A stretch of 26,494 bases of DNA from a virus (lineage: Duplodnaviria > Caudoviricetes). Both the position numbers and the translations under genes were made by a program. The stretch lies in the IMG/VR virus record IMGVR_UViG_3300010376_000116, positions 1-26,494 of that record. One strand, 5' to 3'. Shown in pieces: positions 7,651 through 16,471 of the stretch (position 1 is the first letter of the stretch; every line of letters begins with the position of its first letter). A model generated the notes under the pieces. That model had not been told where the DNA came from, did not search any database, and saw only the letters and a list, made by a program, of their open reading frames with translations.

Positions 7651-9963
7651 ATGGCAACCGAGCTTCATCACAATATCGCGCTGCTCACCGATCTCGACAC
7701 GATCGAAGACGAGCACCTCGTCAACAAAGCCTGGGTCGAAGATCGGCTGGAAGATTTTGTTCCGGCCGATGGCGGTGCCGGGGCACAAGGAACTCAGGGG
7801 CCGCAGGGCGATGCCGGAGTCCAAGGACCGCAAGGGGTTCAGGGTCCGCAAGGTGCGGCTGGAACGCAAGGTGCGGCCGGCGCGCAGGGGGTTCAGGGTG
7901 CCGCGGGTACTGGTCCGCAAGGGATTCAAGGCGGTCAAGGCCCGCAAGGTATTCAGGGCGCCCAGGGTCCGGTTGGCGCCAGCCTCACAATGCGCGGCTC
8001 CGTTGCGGATCTCGCGGCGTTGCATGCACTGGTGGGACCGCACGAGATCGGTGATTTGTGGATCACCACAGTCAACCCGGCGCGTCACGGCCACGTCTGG
8101 TCGGGCGCGCCCGGTCATACCGGCCCGAGTTCGGCCGCCGACTGGGATGATGTCGGTGAGGTGCAGGGACCACAAGGCGTTGCCGGGGCGCAAGGCAATC
8201 AGGGCGCGCAAGGTGCCGTAGGCCAGGCTGGTCCGCAGGGGTCGCAGGGTGTCCAAGGTGCGGCCGGCGGGCAGGGTGTTCAAGGTCCGCAGGGTGCCGA
8301 AGGGGCTCAAGGAGCCCAGGGTATCGGTGCCCAAGGGGCTCAGGGGGCGGCTGGGGCACAAGGTGCTCAGGGCGCACAGGGTGATGAAGGTGCGCAAGGA
8401 GCCGCTGGCGCTCAAGGAGCTCAGGGCGCTGACGGTACTGTCGGGAGCCAAGGCTACCAGGGACCGACCGGCGCTCAGGGCGCGCAAGGCGGCCAAGGGC
8501 CGGCTGGGGCGCAGGGCAACCAAGGCCCGATAGGAACCGGTGCGCAGGGCGCGCAAGGCGCCCAAGGAACTCAAGGCCCGGTCGGGACTGGAGCCCAGGG
8601 TGCGCAGGGTGCCCAAGGGCCGCAAGGCAGTGGTGTGCAAGGTGCCCAAGGGGCGCAGGGTGTTCAGGGTCCGGTCGGCACTGGAGCACAGGGTGTACAG
8701 GGGCCGCAGGGCCCGATCGGCACGGGTGCGCAAGGCGCGCAAGGAGCTCAAGGCCCGACTGGAACCGGCACCCAAGGCGTCCAGGGTCCGGCTGGCGCAC
8801 AGGGTTCGAGCGGAGCTCAAGGAGCCGCTGGGGCACAGGGCGCGGCTGGGGCGCAAGGGGCTGCCGGTGCCCAAGGTTCCACCGGAGCGCAAGGAGCCGC
8901 CGGAGCACAGGGTTCGACTGGTGCCCAAGGTGCTGCAGGCGCTCAGGGATCGACTGGAGCCCAAGGGGCTGCCGGCGCACAAGGTGCTGCGGGTGCCCAA
9001 GGTAGTCAGGGACCGCAGGGTGCAGTTGGAGCGCAAGGCTCGCAAGGCGCTCAGGGCACCCAAGGCGTTCAGGGGCTGCAAGGCAGTCAGTGGTATCCGG
9101 TCACGGCCGCCCAAACGACGGCACCGGCCAATGCTGCGATCGGCGACTACCTGTTGAACTCCGGCGCTGCGGCGGTCCAGCTCGCCAATCAGACAGCGCA
9201 AGCGGTGGGTGCGATTGTCCGAATCACCGCGCTGACGCCGACATTCACTGGTGCGGCGGCGGGCAACATTCGCGGTGCGGCGGGGGCGCAAGGGGCGCAA
9301 GGCTCGACTGGAGCCCAGGGTTCGACCGGTTCGCAGGGAGCGCAAGGCTCGACTGGCGCGCAAGGTGCCGCCGGCGCCCAAGGTGCCGCCGGTGCGCAAG
9401 GTGCCCAAGGCCCGCAGGGCGCGCTGGGCCAGGGATTGGTGACCGGTGGCGGGACAGGACAGTTCCTGGTCAAAACCGGTCCCGCGAATTTTGCGACGGG
9501 TTGGGCCAACCTACCGAATGACCGCAATGTCGATTTCAACGACGTGAACGGTCCTTGCCACGTCTCGTTTAGTTTTTTTGCCGTTTACATCAGCACTGCC
9601 GGTGCGGGAACTGCCGTCGAGCAGGGAACATTTACCCCGACCTTCCGCGTCGGGACAACCAACGTCGGGGCTCGTTTTCCGGTAGGACAATGGCGGCGTC
9701 AGGGCAATACCGTATGGCTTGCGGGCGTTCTGCGAAATGAAAATCTGAGCGTGTCGTCGGGCATTGTGTCGATTGGCGGACTACCCTTTGCGGCGAGCCA
9801 TCCGGCAAACAATTCAGGGGTGCCGGTGATGATCGGCGACCTCAACGGTGGTGGTGGTCTGCCTTTGAGCAGCACCAGCGGAAGCCTCTTCGGAACCGTA
9901 ATCCAGCTTGTCACCGCGCCGCTCCTCTCGGGTACATACTATACGCCACGACCGCCGCCTTGA
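7651..9963 (+). CDS. long collagen-like fibre protein (770 aa) with tail-fibre-like C-terminal domain
   Basis: Over 100 [12 protein letters not shown] triplets, a [10 protein letters not shown]...W linker, and a C-terminal EQGTFTPT...[10 protein letters not shown]...IGGLPF domain resembling fibre tip domains. Confidence 0.88.
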   Translation: MATELHHNIALLTDLDTIEDEHLVNKAWVEDRLEDFVPADGGAGAQGTQGPQGDAGVQGPQGVQGPQGAAGTQGAAGAQGVQGAAGTGPQGIQGGQGPQGIQGAQGPVGASLTMRGSVADLAALHALVGPHEIGDLWITTVNPARHGHVWSGAPGHTGPSSAADWDDVGEVQGPQGVAGAQGNQGAQGAVGQAGPQGSQGVQGAAGGQGVQGPQGAEGAQGAQGIGAQGAQGAAGAQGAQGAQGDEGAQGAAGAQGAQGADGTVGSQGYQGPTGAQGAQGGQGPAGAQGNQGPIGTGAQGAQGAQGTQGPVGTGAQGAQGAQGPQGSGVQGAQGAQGVQGPVGTGAQGVQGPQGPIGTGAQGAQGAQGPTGTGTQGVQGPAGAQGSSGAQGAAGAQGAAGAQGAAGAQGSTGAQGAAGAQGSTGAQGAAGAQGSTGAQGAAGAQGAAGAQGSQGPQGAVGAQGSQGAQGTQGVQGLQGSQWYPVTAAQTTAPANAAIGDYLLNSGAAAVQLANQTAQAVGAIVRITALTPTFTGAAAGNIRGAAGAQGAQGSTGAQGSTGSQGAQGSTGAQGAAGAQGAAGAQGAQGPQGALGQGLVTGGGTGQFLVKTGPANFATGWANLPNDRNVDFNDVNGPCHVSFSFFAVYISTAGAGTAVEQGTFTPTFRVGTTNVGARFPVGQWRRQGNTVWLAGVLRNENLSVSSGIVSIGGLPFAASHPANNSGVPVMIGDLNGGGGLPLSSTSGSLFGTVIQLVTAPLLSGTYYTPRPPP
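7975..8172 (+). repeat. duplicated coding module, copy 2
   Basis: Near-identical protein segment to 5201-5398. Confidence 0.9.
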
Positions 9964-9987
9964 TAAAACGAAGGAGGATGTTGCGTC

Positions 9988-10278
9988 ATGCCAGACATCA
10001 CGCGAAAGTCGGTTCTGGACTCGATTGCCGATGACGGAAGCTTCTCCATCAAGAAGCAAAACTATATTGATGTTGACGGCGTCGAGACTGAAGTCGGCTT
10101 GCCGGAGCGGCGCGCTTTTATGCCGGGCGAGTTTGCCGAGCTCAACGAATATGCGCCGGAATTTAAGGAAGCGGCCGACTATCTATGGACCCAGCCGCGG
10201 GTTGCTGCGTGGAAGGAAAAACTGGCTCGCATACCCCCGGTAACAACGCGCGCCGCTGCCGGCTTGCCGCACAGGTAA
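9988..10278 (+). CDS. hypothetical protein, possible fibre assembly chaperone
   Basis: 96 aa with SD AAGGAGG upstream. It lies directly after the long fibre gene, the usual position of fibre chaperones. Confidence 0.6.
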   Translation: MPDITRKSVLDSIADDGSFSIKKQNYIDVDGVETEVGLPERRAFMPGEFAELNEYAPEFKEAADYLWTQPRVAAWKEKLARIPPVTTRAAAGLPHR

Positions 10279-10284
10279 TCCGTC

Positions 10285-11121
10285 GTGCCGGTCCTCAAAG
10301 GAATCGCGCTGAAGAATCGTCTGCACGTCGCGCTTGGCGATCACGAGGACATGCTCGACGGGCTTGGCATCACCGAGCCGCCGCCGCATCGCGACCCGAT
10401 TTTTGTGCGGATGCATCTGACACCACGAGACGGTGACCCCTACTCGAACCCGGCCGACTGGGTCTACGAGGTGATGCAGGACATCCTGCCTGACTGGTAC
10501 GTGGCGGATTACGACCGGCAGCGGATGTTGAGGGCTGCGGAGAAATGGTGGCAGGCCCATGTGTTCGACGGGGTCGATGGGGTCGAGATCAAGCGGGACG
10601 GTCGCTATCTGATCCGCAATTGCAGAGGCGTCCGATTGACCGGGGCGTGTGAGGTCTACGAGTTGTCCCGGTCTCACGTCGCGGCAATGACTGGCGGCGC
10701 GACAGTGCTATCCGCCAGCGCATGCGACATCGATTTCCTGTCTGACTATGCTGTGATCGTCATTCTGCGCGATGGGTCCTGCGTGGCTCACCTCGGCGAG
10801 TTCGCCAGCATTAAGACGATGGAGGATACGGCTCGGGTAGTCCTGGCTGACGGCAATGCCGTAATTCATAAGATGACCGACCAAGCGTTGATCGACACCC
10901 TCGCCGGGAATGCCAAAGTGCGGGCGATGTACTGTACAGCGACAATCGCCAGCATGGCCCAGCAGGCCGAGATCGGCGATATGTGGGAGAATTCCGTCGT
11001 CGGCACTCTCGCCGATAATGCGGTTATCCATTTCGCGCGCGGCGAGTCTTCCGTCGCAACCATACTTGGTCAGGGAACCGTCCAGGCAGCGTCGCCGAGA
11101 GTCCGATGTGGATCCCGGTAG
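10285..11121 (+). CDS. protein with C-terminal 9-residue (beta-solenoid-like) repeats
   Basis: About 13 nonamers such as LSDYAVIVI/LRDGSCVAH/LGEFASIKT/MEDTARVVL/MTDQALIDT/LAGNAKVRA/MWENSVVGT/LADNAVIHF. Confidence 0.75.
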   Translation: MPVLKGIALKNRLHVALGDHEDMLDGLGITEPPPHRDPIFVRMHLTPRDGDPYSNPADWVYEVMQDILPDWYVADYDRQRMLRAAEKWWQAHVFDGVDGVEIKRDGRYLIRNCRGVRLTGACEVYELSRSHVAAMTGGATVLSASACDIDFLSDYAVIVILRDGSCVAHLGEFASIKTMEDTARVVLADGNAVIHKMTDQALIDTLAGNAKVRAMYCTATIASMAQQAEIGDMWENSVVGTLADNAVIHFARGESSVATILGQGTVQAASPRVRCGSR

Positions 11122-12107
11122 ATGCAACGCGCACCACCATCAACGGCATGGACAATCGAAGCGGACGCTATAAGCGCTCCGTCATCGAGACTCTCAGCAA
11201 GAATGGGCAACCGTTTGCGCGGCGCGTCTCGCCCATGCCGACGAGGTTTGCGATCAATCTCAACATGGCCCAAGTGCCCCTCGATTACCGCAATAGCGAA
11301 TATGCAGTGTGGATCGAGGACATGCAGAATTACATCGAGCAGTGCATCACTGGACTGCGCTTCTCGTCGGAGTCGATCGTGTTGAACATTACTTTCGGAT
11401 TTCGCCAACTTGAGCCTGGCATTTTGGGTCAGTGCGGGCCGGGCGACGGGACATGGAACCCGCTCGCCTATCTCGCCGATCTGCGGCTCGACGCGACCAA
11501 TGCCGTCGCGACGGTGCGGCACGCCACAATGGTCTTCAGTACCGATTATTTTCAACTCTCTCCGGTGGGCCAGGTTCTTCAGGATTGGAAGCAAAATTTT
11601 TTCAGGACCGCCGTTCACGAATGCTTTCATGCCTGCGGACTCGGAGCGACGTGGAACGGGCCGTTTCGCATTGTCACCGCACTGCCCTTCGTCGTGACGC
11701 TCCCCTCGTTGTTTGCGTACAACGTCGTCGGTACCGGAAACCCGCTTAATCCGAATTATACCGCTTCGTTAGGTTTGGCGGCCTGGCGCGAGACGATGCA
11801 GGGGCAGGGCACAGCGTCGGGAATCCCGATCGAAAATGTCGGTATGACCGCGACGACGATCATGACGCAGTCCGGTGGCACAGCGCTCGCTCATTGGCGG
11901 TCAAACGGCGGCAGCTCAAACCTCACCGGCATTCGCGACTACCAGGGCCGTGATCTCGCAGCCGAGGTCATGACCGCCTACTCGAGCGCCCGTGCGCCCG
12001 ATGCCTGGGTCGGTCGCTTCACGCTCGCAAGCCTTCGCGACATTGGCTGGGAGGTCGATTATTTACCGCTGCAGCTCGATTTCTGGAACTACAAAACCGA
12101 CACATGA
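11106..12107 (+). CDS. zinc metalloprotease, leishmanolysin (peptidase M8)-like
   Basis: AVHECFHACG (HExxHxxG), then GIPIEN, GGTALAHW (distal third His ligand), EVMT (Met-turn) and FTLASLRDIGWEV, in the motif order of M8 metzincins. Confidence 0.8.
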   Translation: MWIPVDATRTTINGMDNRSGRYKRSVIETLSKNGQPFARRVSPMPTRFAINLNMAQVPLDYRNSEYAVWIEDMQNYIEQCITGLRFSSESIVLNITFGFRQLEPGILGQCGPGDGTWNPLAYLADLRLDATNAVATVRHATMVFSTDYFQLSPVGQVLQDWKQNFFRTAVHECFHACGLGATWNGPFRIVTALPFVVTLPSLFAYNVVGTGNPLNPNYTASLGLAAWRETMQGQGTASGIPIENVGMTATTIMTQSGGTALAHWRSNGGSSNLTGIRDYQGRDLAAEVMTAYSSARAPDAWVGRFTLASLRDIGWEVDYLPLQLDFWNYKTDT

Positions 12108-12703
12108 CTGCCCTCATTTCAATCATCACGCCAACCTGGCGGGCTGATCCGGCCAAGCTGCGCCGCTGCCTAACATCGGTAGCGCGGCAGACCTACGGTG
12201 ATTTTGAGCACATCATCGCTTCCGATGGCGGCGAGGAGATCGCCGCGCATACTATCGTCGCCGAGTTCGACGACCCACGGCTGCGCTATTGGTCGACGCG
12301 GAAGCATCACGGGGGCTGGGGCGCCGGTGTGCGTCAGGAGGTGATGACCGAAGTAGCCAAGGCTGGCTACTTCGTGTTTCTCGACGACGACAATATTGTT
12401 TTTCCACGATATTTAGAGGAGATGCTGAAAGCATTGCAGGCGGTGCCGGAGGCCAAATTCGCGATCTGCGAGCAGCTACATTTTGGCCCATTGCAGGCGT
12501 TCCACGGCGCGCCGCCGGTCGTACTCGAGGGTACGCCGAAGCTCTGCCATATCGATACTTTGCAGGTAATGGTCGAAGCTGCAGCGATGCTCACGGTCGG
12601 CTGGTTCGACAACAGTTACGTCGCCGATGGTCTGGCATACGAGGCACTGGCGCGGCGCTATGACTATGTACGGGTGCGGCAGTGCCTGTGCGCGCATCTA
12701 TAG
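12104..12703 (+). CDS. glycosyltransferase family 2
   Basis: ISIITPTW, SVARQTYGDFEHIIASDG and FVFLDDDN (DxD); ATGA overlap with the protease gene. Confidence 0.9.
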   Translation: MTALISIITPTWRADPAKLRRCLTSVARQTYGDFEHIIASDGGEEIAAHTIVAEFDDPRLRYWSTRKHHGGWGAGVRQEVMTEVAKAGYFVFLDDDNIVFPRYLEEMLKALQAVPEAKFAICEQLHFGPLQAFHGAPPVVLEGTPKLCHIDTLQVMVEAAAMLTVGWFDNSYVADGLAYEALARRYDYVRVRQCLCAHL

Positions 12704-12710
12704 GCCCGCG

Positions 12711-13358
12711 ATGCTGCTGACTCCAGAGCAGAGAGAGTGGTTTCACCGCATGCACACCGAGTGGTTTGAGGTGATGCGACCGCTCGTCGGGTTTCGGATC
12801 AATTCGCAGGTATTCCAGCCAGTGCCCGAGTTATCGCCAGAACGTCTCGCCGAGTGTGTATTGTTACCAAGCCGTGAGGAGATCTTGCGGCGTTTGCCAA
12901 AGGGCAGCATTGGGGCAGAGATAGGTACACAGGAAGGTTTGTTCGCCGAGAAGATGCTGGCCATCGTTCAGCCGCGTCAGCTTGAGCTTTTCGATCTCTA
13001 TGACGAACCACTGCGGGCACGACATTCGGCTCTCCTCGATCGGCCGGAGGTCACGCTGCATCTTGGCGACAGCGTGGAGCATCTGGCGGGGTTTCTCGAC
13101 TATTACTTCGACTGGATCTATGTCGACGGTGATCATTCTTATGAGGGGGTCAAGCGCGACATCGATGTTGCGCGCTTTAAGGTAAAGCCGGGCGGCTTGT
13201 TGATTTTTAACGATTTTACGATTTGGTCGATTGCCGAGTGCTGTACCTATGGCGTGCCCTACGCAGTCTGTGAATTTATCAACCAGAGCGACTGGGATGT
13301 TGCTTATTTCGCGCTGCATCCGCATGGCTACCACGATGTGGCGCTGAGGCGGCCATGA
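12711..13358 (+). CDS. class I SAM-dependent methyltransferase (Methyltransf_24-like)
   Basis: GAEIGTQEG (motif I), FDWIYVDGDHSYEGVKRD and KVKPGGLLIFND. Likely start is ATG 12711. Confidence 0.88.
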   Translation: MLLTPEQREWFHRMHTEWFEVMRPLVGFRINSQVFQPVPELSPERLAECVLLPSREEILRRLPKGSIGAEIGTQEGLFAEKMLAIVQPRQLELFDLYDEPLRARHSALLDRPEVTLHLGDSVEHLAGFLDYYFDWIYVDGDHSYEGVKRDIDVARFKVKPGGLLIFNDFTIWSIAECCTYGVPYAVCEFINQSDWDVAYFALHPHGYHDVALRRP

Positions 13359-14575
13359 ACGGTCTTCCGATTGTCTGCATCTTTGGGGCCGAGGGCGTCG
13401 AGCTTCATTCGGACACCGATGCGCCCGATGTCGAGACCCGAGCGCTCGATTGCTACTGCTTTGATGATGACAGCGAACTCGAGCGCATCCTGATCGAACA
13501 TCGCCCGCACGTCATTGTGTCCTTTGGCGAGGTGGCTAGCTATCCGTATCTTTGGGCAGCGCCTTTCGAGGTCCGGCGGCGTTGGCTGCACTTTCCTGAC
13601 ACCGGAGATCTCGATCAGATCGGCCGGGCGGTCTTCAATTGTTATCTGTCCGTCTGTCTGGAACAGCGGCAAGAAGAGCCCCTGGTTTCCGTATTTACGC
13701 CAACCTATCGCAGTGGGCTGCGCTTTTTGCGACCGCTTTTATCGCTGCGATCCCAGACATATCGCAATTGGGAGTGGATCGTCTGGGACGATAGCGACGA
13801 CGATGGTCAGACCGCTGCCTTGATCGCCGGGCTCGCACAATCCGACCACCGCATCGAACTGGTTCGCCCCGCCCGCCACAGCGGCATGATCGGCGAGGTC
13901 AAAGCAAAGGCCTGTGCGCTTTCACGTGGTTCGATCTTGGTCGAGCTCGATCACGATGACGAGTTCACACCGGATGCGCTCGCGCTCGTGGTCGAAGCCG
14001 CGCGCAACCATCCCGAAGGCGGCTTCTTTTACAGTGATTTCGTCGAGGTCGACCCGAATCTGAATTCGCTGCGCTATCCCGATGGATGGGGCTTTGGGCT
14101 CGGCTCATACCGCAAAGAAAGGCTGAACGGCCGCGAGCTTGATGTCGTCAATACCCCGGGCATCAGCCCCAAGACGATCCGTCACATCGTTGCCGCACCC
14201 AATCACCTTCGCGCTTGGCGCCGCGAAGTCTATCTCGGTATTGGCGGCCACAATCGTGAGATCCACGTCGCCGACGACTACGAGATCATGGTGCGTACCT
14301 TCCTGGCGACGCTGATGGTCCATATCCCGCGCCTCGCTTACCTCCAGTACGCCGATGGCAATGGGCGCGCCCAACGGGTTCGCAACAAGGACATTCAGCG
14401 GCATGTCCGGTATCTGCAGAGCCGTTATGACCAGGCCATTCACGACCGGTTTATACAGCTCGGCGTCGACGACTACATTTGGCGTGCCGATATTGGATTT
14501 GCTGATTTTAGTGTACCCAATCCTGAGCATGTCGAAGTGGCGTCAATCACCGCAAACGTGAGCAGAAAGGAGTAG
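13355..14575 (+). CDS. glycosyltransferase family 2 with extra N-terminal domain
   Basis: PLVSVFTPTY, SLRSQTYRNWEWIVWDDS, VELDHDD and ADDYE; ~105-aa N-terminal extension. Confidence 0.9.
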   Translation: MNGLPIVCIFGAEGVELHSDTDAPDVETRALDCYCFDDDSELERILIEHRPHVIVSFGEVASYPYLWAAPFEVRRRWLHFPDTGDLDQIGRAVFNCYLSVCLEQRQEEPLVSVFTPTYRSGLRFLRPLLSLRSQTYRNWEWIVWDDSDDDGQTAALIAGLAQSDHRIELVRPARHSGMIGEVKAKACALSRGSILVELDHDDEFTPDALALVVEAARNHPEGGFFYSDFVEVDPNLNSLRYPDGWGFGLGSYRKERLNGRELDVVNTPGISPKTIRHIVAAPNHLRAWRREVYLGIGGHNREIHVADDYEIMVRTFLATLMVHIPRLAYLQYADGNGRAQRVRNKDIQRHVRYLQSRYDQAIHDRFIQLGVDDYIWRADIGFADFSVPNPEHVEVASITANVSRKE

Positions 14576-14581
14576 CGCACA

Positions 14582-15004
14582 ATGGCTGTTACTAACTTCC
14601 CGATCGAATTACCGCCAAACGTGCAGCAATTGTATGCCGCCGGCTTCCCCTACGAGTTCGTGCTCTCCTGGGGCAATTCGTACCGGTCGCTCGAGTTTAT
14701 GAATATCCCGCAGCAGCCCAACATCATCCCCTCTGGCGGGTTTATTGATGCCGATGGCGTCGAGGCGACAACGCCCGGCACCATTGCGTACATTGTCTGC
14801 TTCCCGGTCGATGCACGGGAAGGGCCGGATCGTGTCACCGTGCTGGCGCGCGATGCCGAGGTCAACGACGCTTACCTGGCCTATGGCACGCTGGATCGCT
14901 TTCAGACCAACACGCACCTTCGCCAGAACCTCAACATCATCGTGCGCGAGGCGGTACTGCCGAGTGCCGTCAATGCCACCTTCCACGGACAGGGGGGCCA
15001 CTGA
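14582..15004 (+). CDS. head decoration protein (gpD-like)
   Basis: C-terminal VTVLARDAEVNDAYLAY...L...NIIVR matches decoration proteins encoded upstream of gpE-like capsids. SD AAGGAG. Confidence 0.75.
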   Translation: MAVTNFPIELPPNVQQLYAAGFPYEFVLSWGNSYRSLEFMNIPQQPNIIPSGGFIDADGVEATTPGTIAYIVCFPVDAREGPDRVTVLARDAEVNDAYLAYGTLDRFQTNTHLRQNLNIIVREAVLPSAVNATFHGQGGH

Positions 15005-15204
15005 TGGCTGACTGGTACGTTCCGACACCACCGCGGCTTTCAGGCGCGGTTGGCGTCCCGACCTTCCTCGGTGCGGTTGCTCAGGAGGTCCCGGATCCCT
15101 CGCCCGGCGTGAACTCCGTCCTGTGGGGCGTCGGCGGTGCCCCGGGCACGTTCGGGTCGACGCCGCCACCGGAAGACCGCTGGCCAGTGCCGGCAAAGCA
15201 CTAA
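15004..15204 (+). CDS. small Pro/Gly-rich hypothetical protein (66 aa)
   Basis: TGATG-coupled to the decoration gene; fills the gap before the capsid gene. Confidence 0.55.
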   Translation: MADWYVPTPPRLSGAVGVPTFLGAVAQEVPDPSPGVNSVLWGVGGAPGTFGSTPPPEDRWPVPAKH

Positions 15205-15216
15205 GGAGAGACTTGA

Positions 15217-16275
15217 ATGCCGTTTGATCTGTTCGCCACCAACCCAGCGTGGTCGGTTTCCGAACTGACGCTGGCGCTAAATCGTGTTCCCTATATCCCG
15301 GGTTTGATCGGGCGGCTTGGTCTGTTCCGCCCGGAGCGGCTGAGCACCACGACGACAATGGTCGAGGTGCAGGGTTTTCGGCTGGCGTTGGTGCCCGAGA
15401 CGCCGCGCGGGGCACCACCGCCGCCGGATGTGATCGACCGCGCGACGATGACGGCGATCCAGATCCCGCACTTCGCGATTCGGTCTACTGTCGTTGCCGA
15501 TTCGGTCCAAAACGTTAGAGCGTTCGGAACGGACTCTCAGCTCGAGGGTGTGCAGGCGGTAATCAACCAGCATCTCGAAAGCATGAGCCGCAAGCTCGAT
15601 GTCACGCTGGAATATCTCCGGCTCGGAGCGGTGCGCGGCAAAGTTGTCACGGCAGTCGATCGCATTACCGGGGCGCCGATCGTCGAGCGCGATGTGTTTC
15701 GTCTGTTTGGTCTCAATCCGAACCCGATCATCGAATGGCCGATCATCGGTGCCGGGCGGCTCGCCCAGGACCAGGCGGCATGGGCGGGCGATCTTACCGA
15801 GATGGTCAATGGCCTCGGGCGGCAGATGGCCGATGAACTGTCAGGCGGCATGTATACGCGCATGCATGGTATCTGCGGCTGGCGGTTCTTCGATGCGTTT
15901 ATGGCTCATCCCGAGATCCGCGCCGCCTACATCGCGATCGAGAATGCGCCGCTGCTGCGTGATCAGCTCGGTACATCGTTCTCATTCAGAGGTGTGACGA
16001 TCGAGGAGTACAGAGGCAGAGTAGGCAATATCCAGTTTGTAGAGCCGGATATCTGTTACTTTTTCCCGGTCGGCGTTCCCGATCTCTTTATCGAAGCTTA
16101 TGCACCGGCCGACTACTTGGAGACGGTGAACACAGTGGCGCTGCCCAGATACAGTAAGAGTGAGGTAATGGATTTTGACAAAGGCGTGATGATGGAGACC
16201 CAGATGAACGTCTTTCCATTCTGCACTCTCCCAAGAGCTTTGTTTACCGTTCGCGCCGTGGACTACGTGCCGTAA
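15217..16275 (+). CDS. major capsid protein (lambda gpE-like)
   Basis: LTLALNRVPYIPGLIGRLGLF, LALVP..PRGAP, IPHF......AD.VQNVRAFG, TLEYLRLGAVRG and YAPADYLETVNT. SD AAGGAG. Confidence 0.93.
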   Translation: MPFDLFATNPAWSVSELTLALNRVPYIPGLIGRLGLFRPERLSTTTTMVEVQGFRLALVPETPRGAPPPPDVIDRATMTAIQIPHFAIRSTVVADSVQNVRAFGTDSQLEGVQAVINQHLESMSRKLDVTLEYLRLGAVRGKVVTAVDRITGAPIVERDVFRLFGLNPNPIIEWPIIGAGRLAQDQAAWAGDLTEMVNGLGRQMADELSGGMYTRMHGICGWRFFDAFMAHPEIRAAYIAIENAPLLRDQLGTSFSFRGVTIEEYRGRVGNIQFVEPDICYFFPVGVPDLFIEAYAPADYLETVNTVALPRYSKSEVMDFDKGVMMETQMNVFPFCTLPRALFTVRAVDYVP

Positions 16276-16291
16276 AACGGGGAGAGTGGCC

Positions 16292-16465
16292 ATGCTTCGC
16301 AAATTGCGTGTCTATTCGAAACAACCGAAGTGGGAGGGCGCCGGTCGCATGTTTGGCGTGAAGGCGACAATTCCTCTGGGCGGCAAGCGCGGCACCAATC
16401 GGGTGGCGGCTCCCGCCATGAGTCGGTCGAGCAGTCAAACGCAGCGTTCGCGCTATCATCGCTAA
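16292..16465 (+). CDS. small basic hypothetical protein (57 aa)
   Basis: ATG 16292 after GGGGAGAG, translating as MLRKLRVYSKQPKWEGAGRMFGVKATIPLGGKRGTNRVAAPAMSRSSSQTQRSRYHR*. It is below the ORF-track cutoff and fills the gap. Confidence 0.5.
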   Translation: MLRKLRVYSKQPKWEGAGRMFGVKATIPLGGKRGTNRVAAPAMSRSSSQTQRSRYHR

Positions 16466-16471
16466 GTACGC

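Noticed and set aside
5201-8172. Repeat pair as a diversity-generating retroelement TR/VR
   Set aside because: Differences are mostly synonymous and not adenine-specific, both copies are mid-gene, and no reverse transcriptase is present in the window.
7474-9408. 644-aa minus-strand ORF and other long ORFs over the collagen genes
   Set aside because: These are shadow frames of GGN-GCN-CAR repeats, which lack stops on the opposite strand; the products are low-complexity with no motifs.
8160-9430. Tandem DNA repeats as a CRISPR array or satellite
   Set aside because: They show 9-nt codon periodicity with degenerate third positions and no constant repeat/unique spacer structure.
12104-14575. 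GT/methyltransferase genes as a serotype-conversion or DNA-modification locus
   Set aside because: No GtrA-like flippase, membrane GT or base-hydroxylase gene is visible, and the genes are coupled within the late structural operon. This reading is disfavoured but not excluded.
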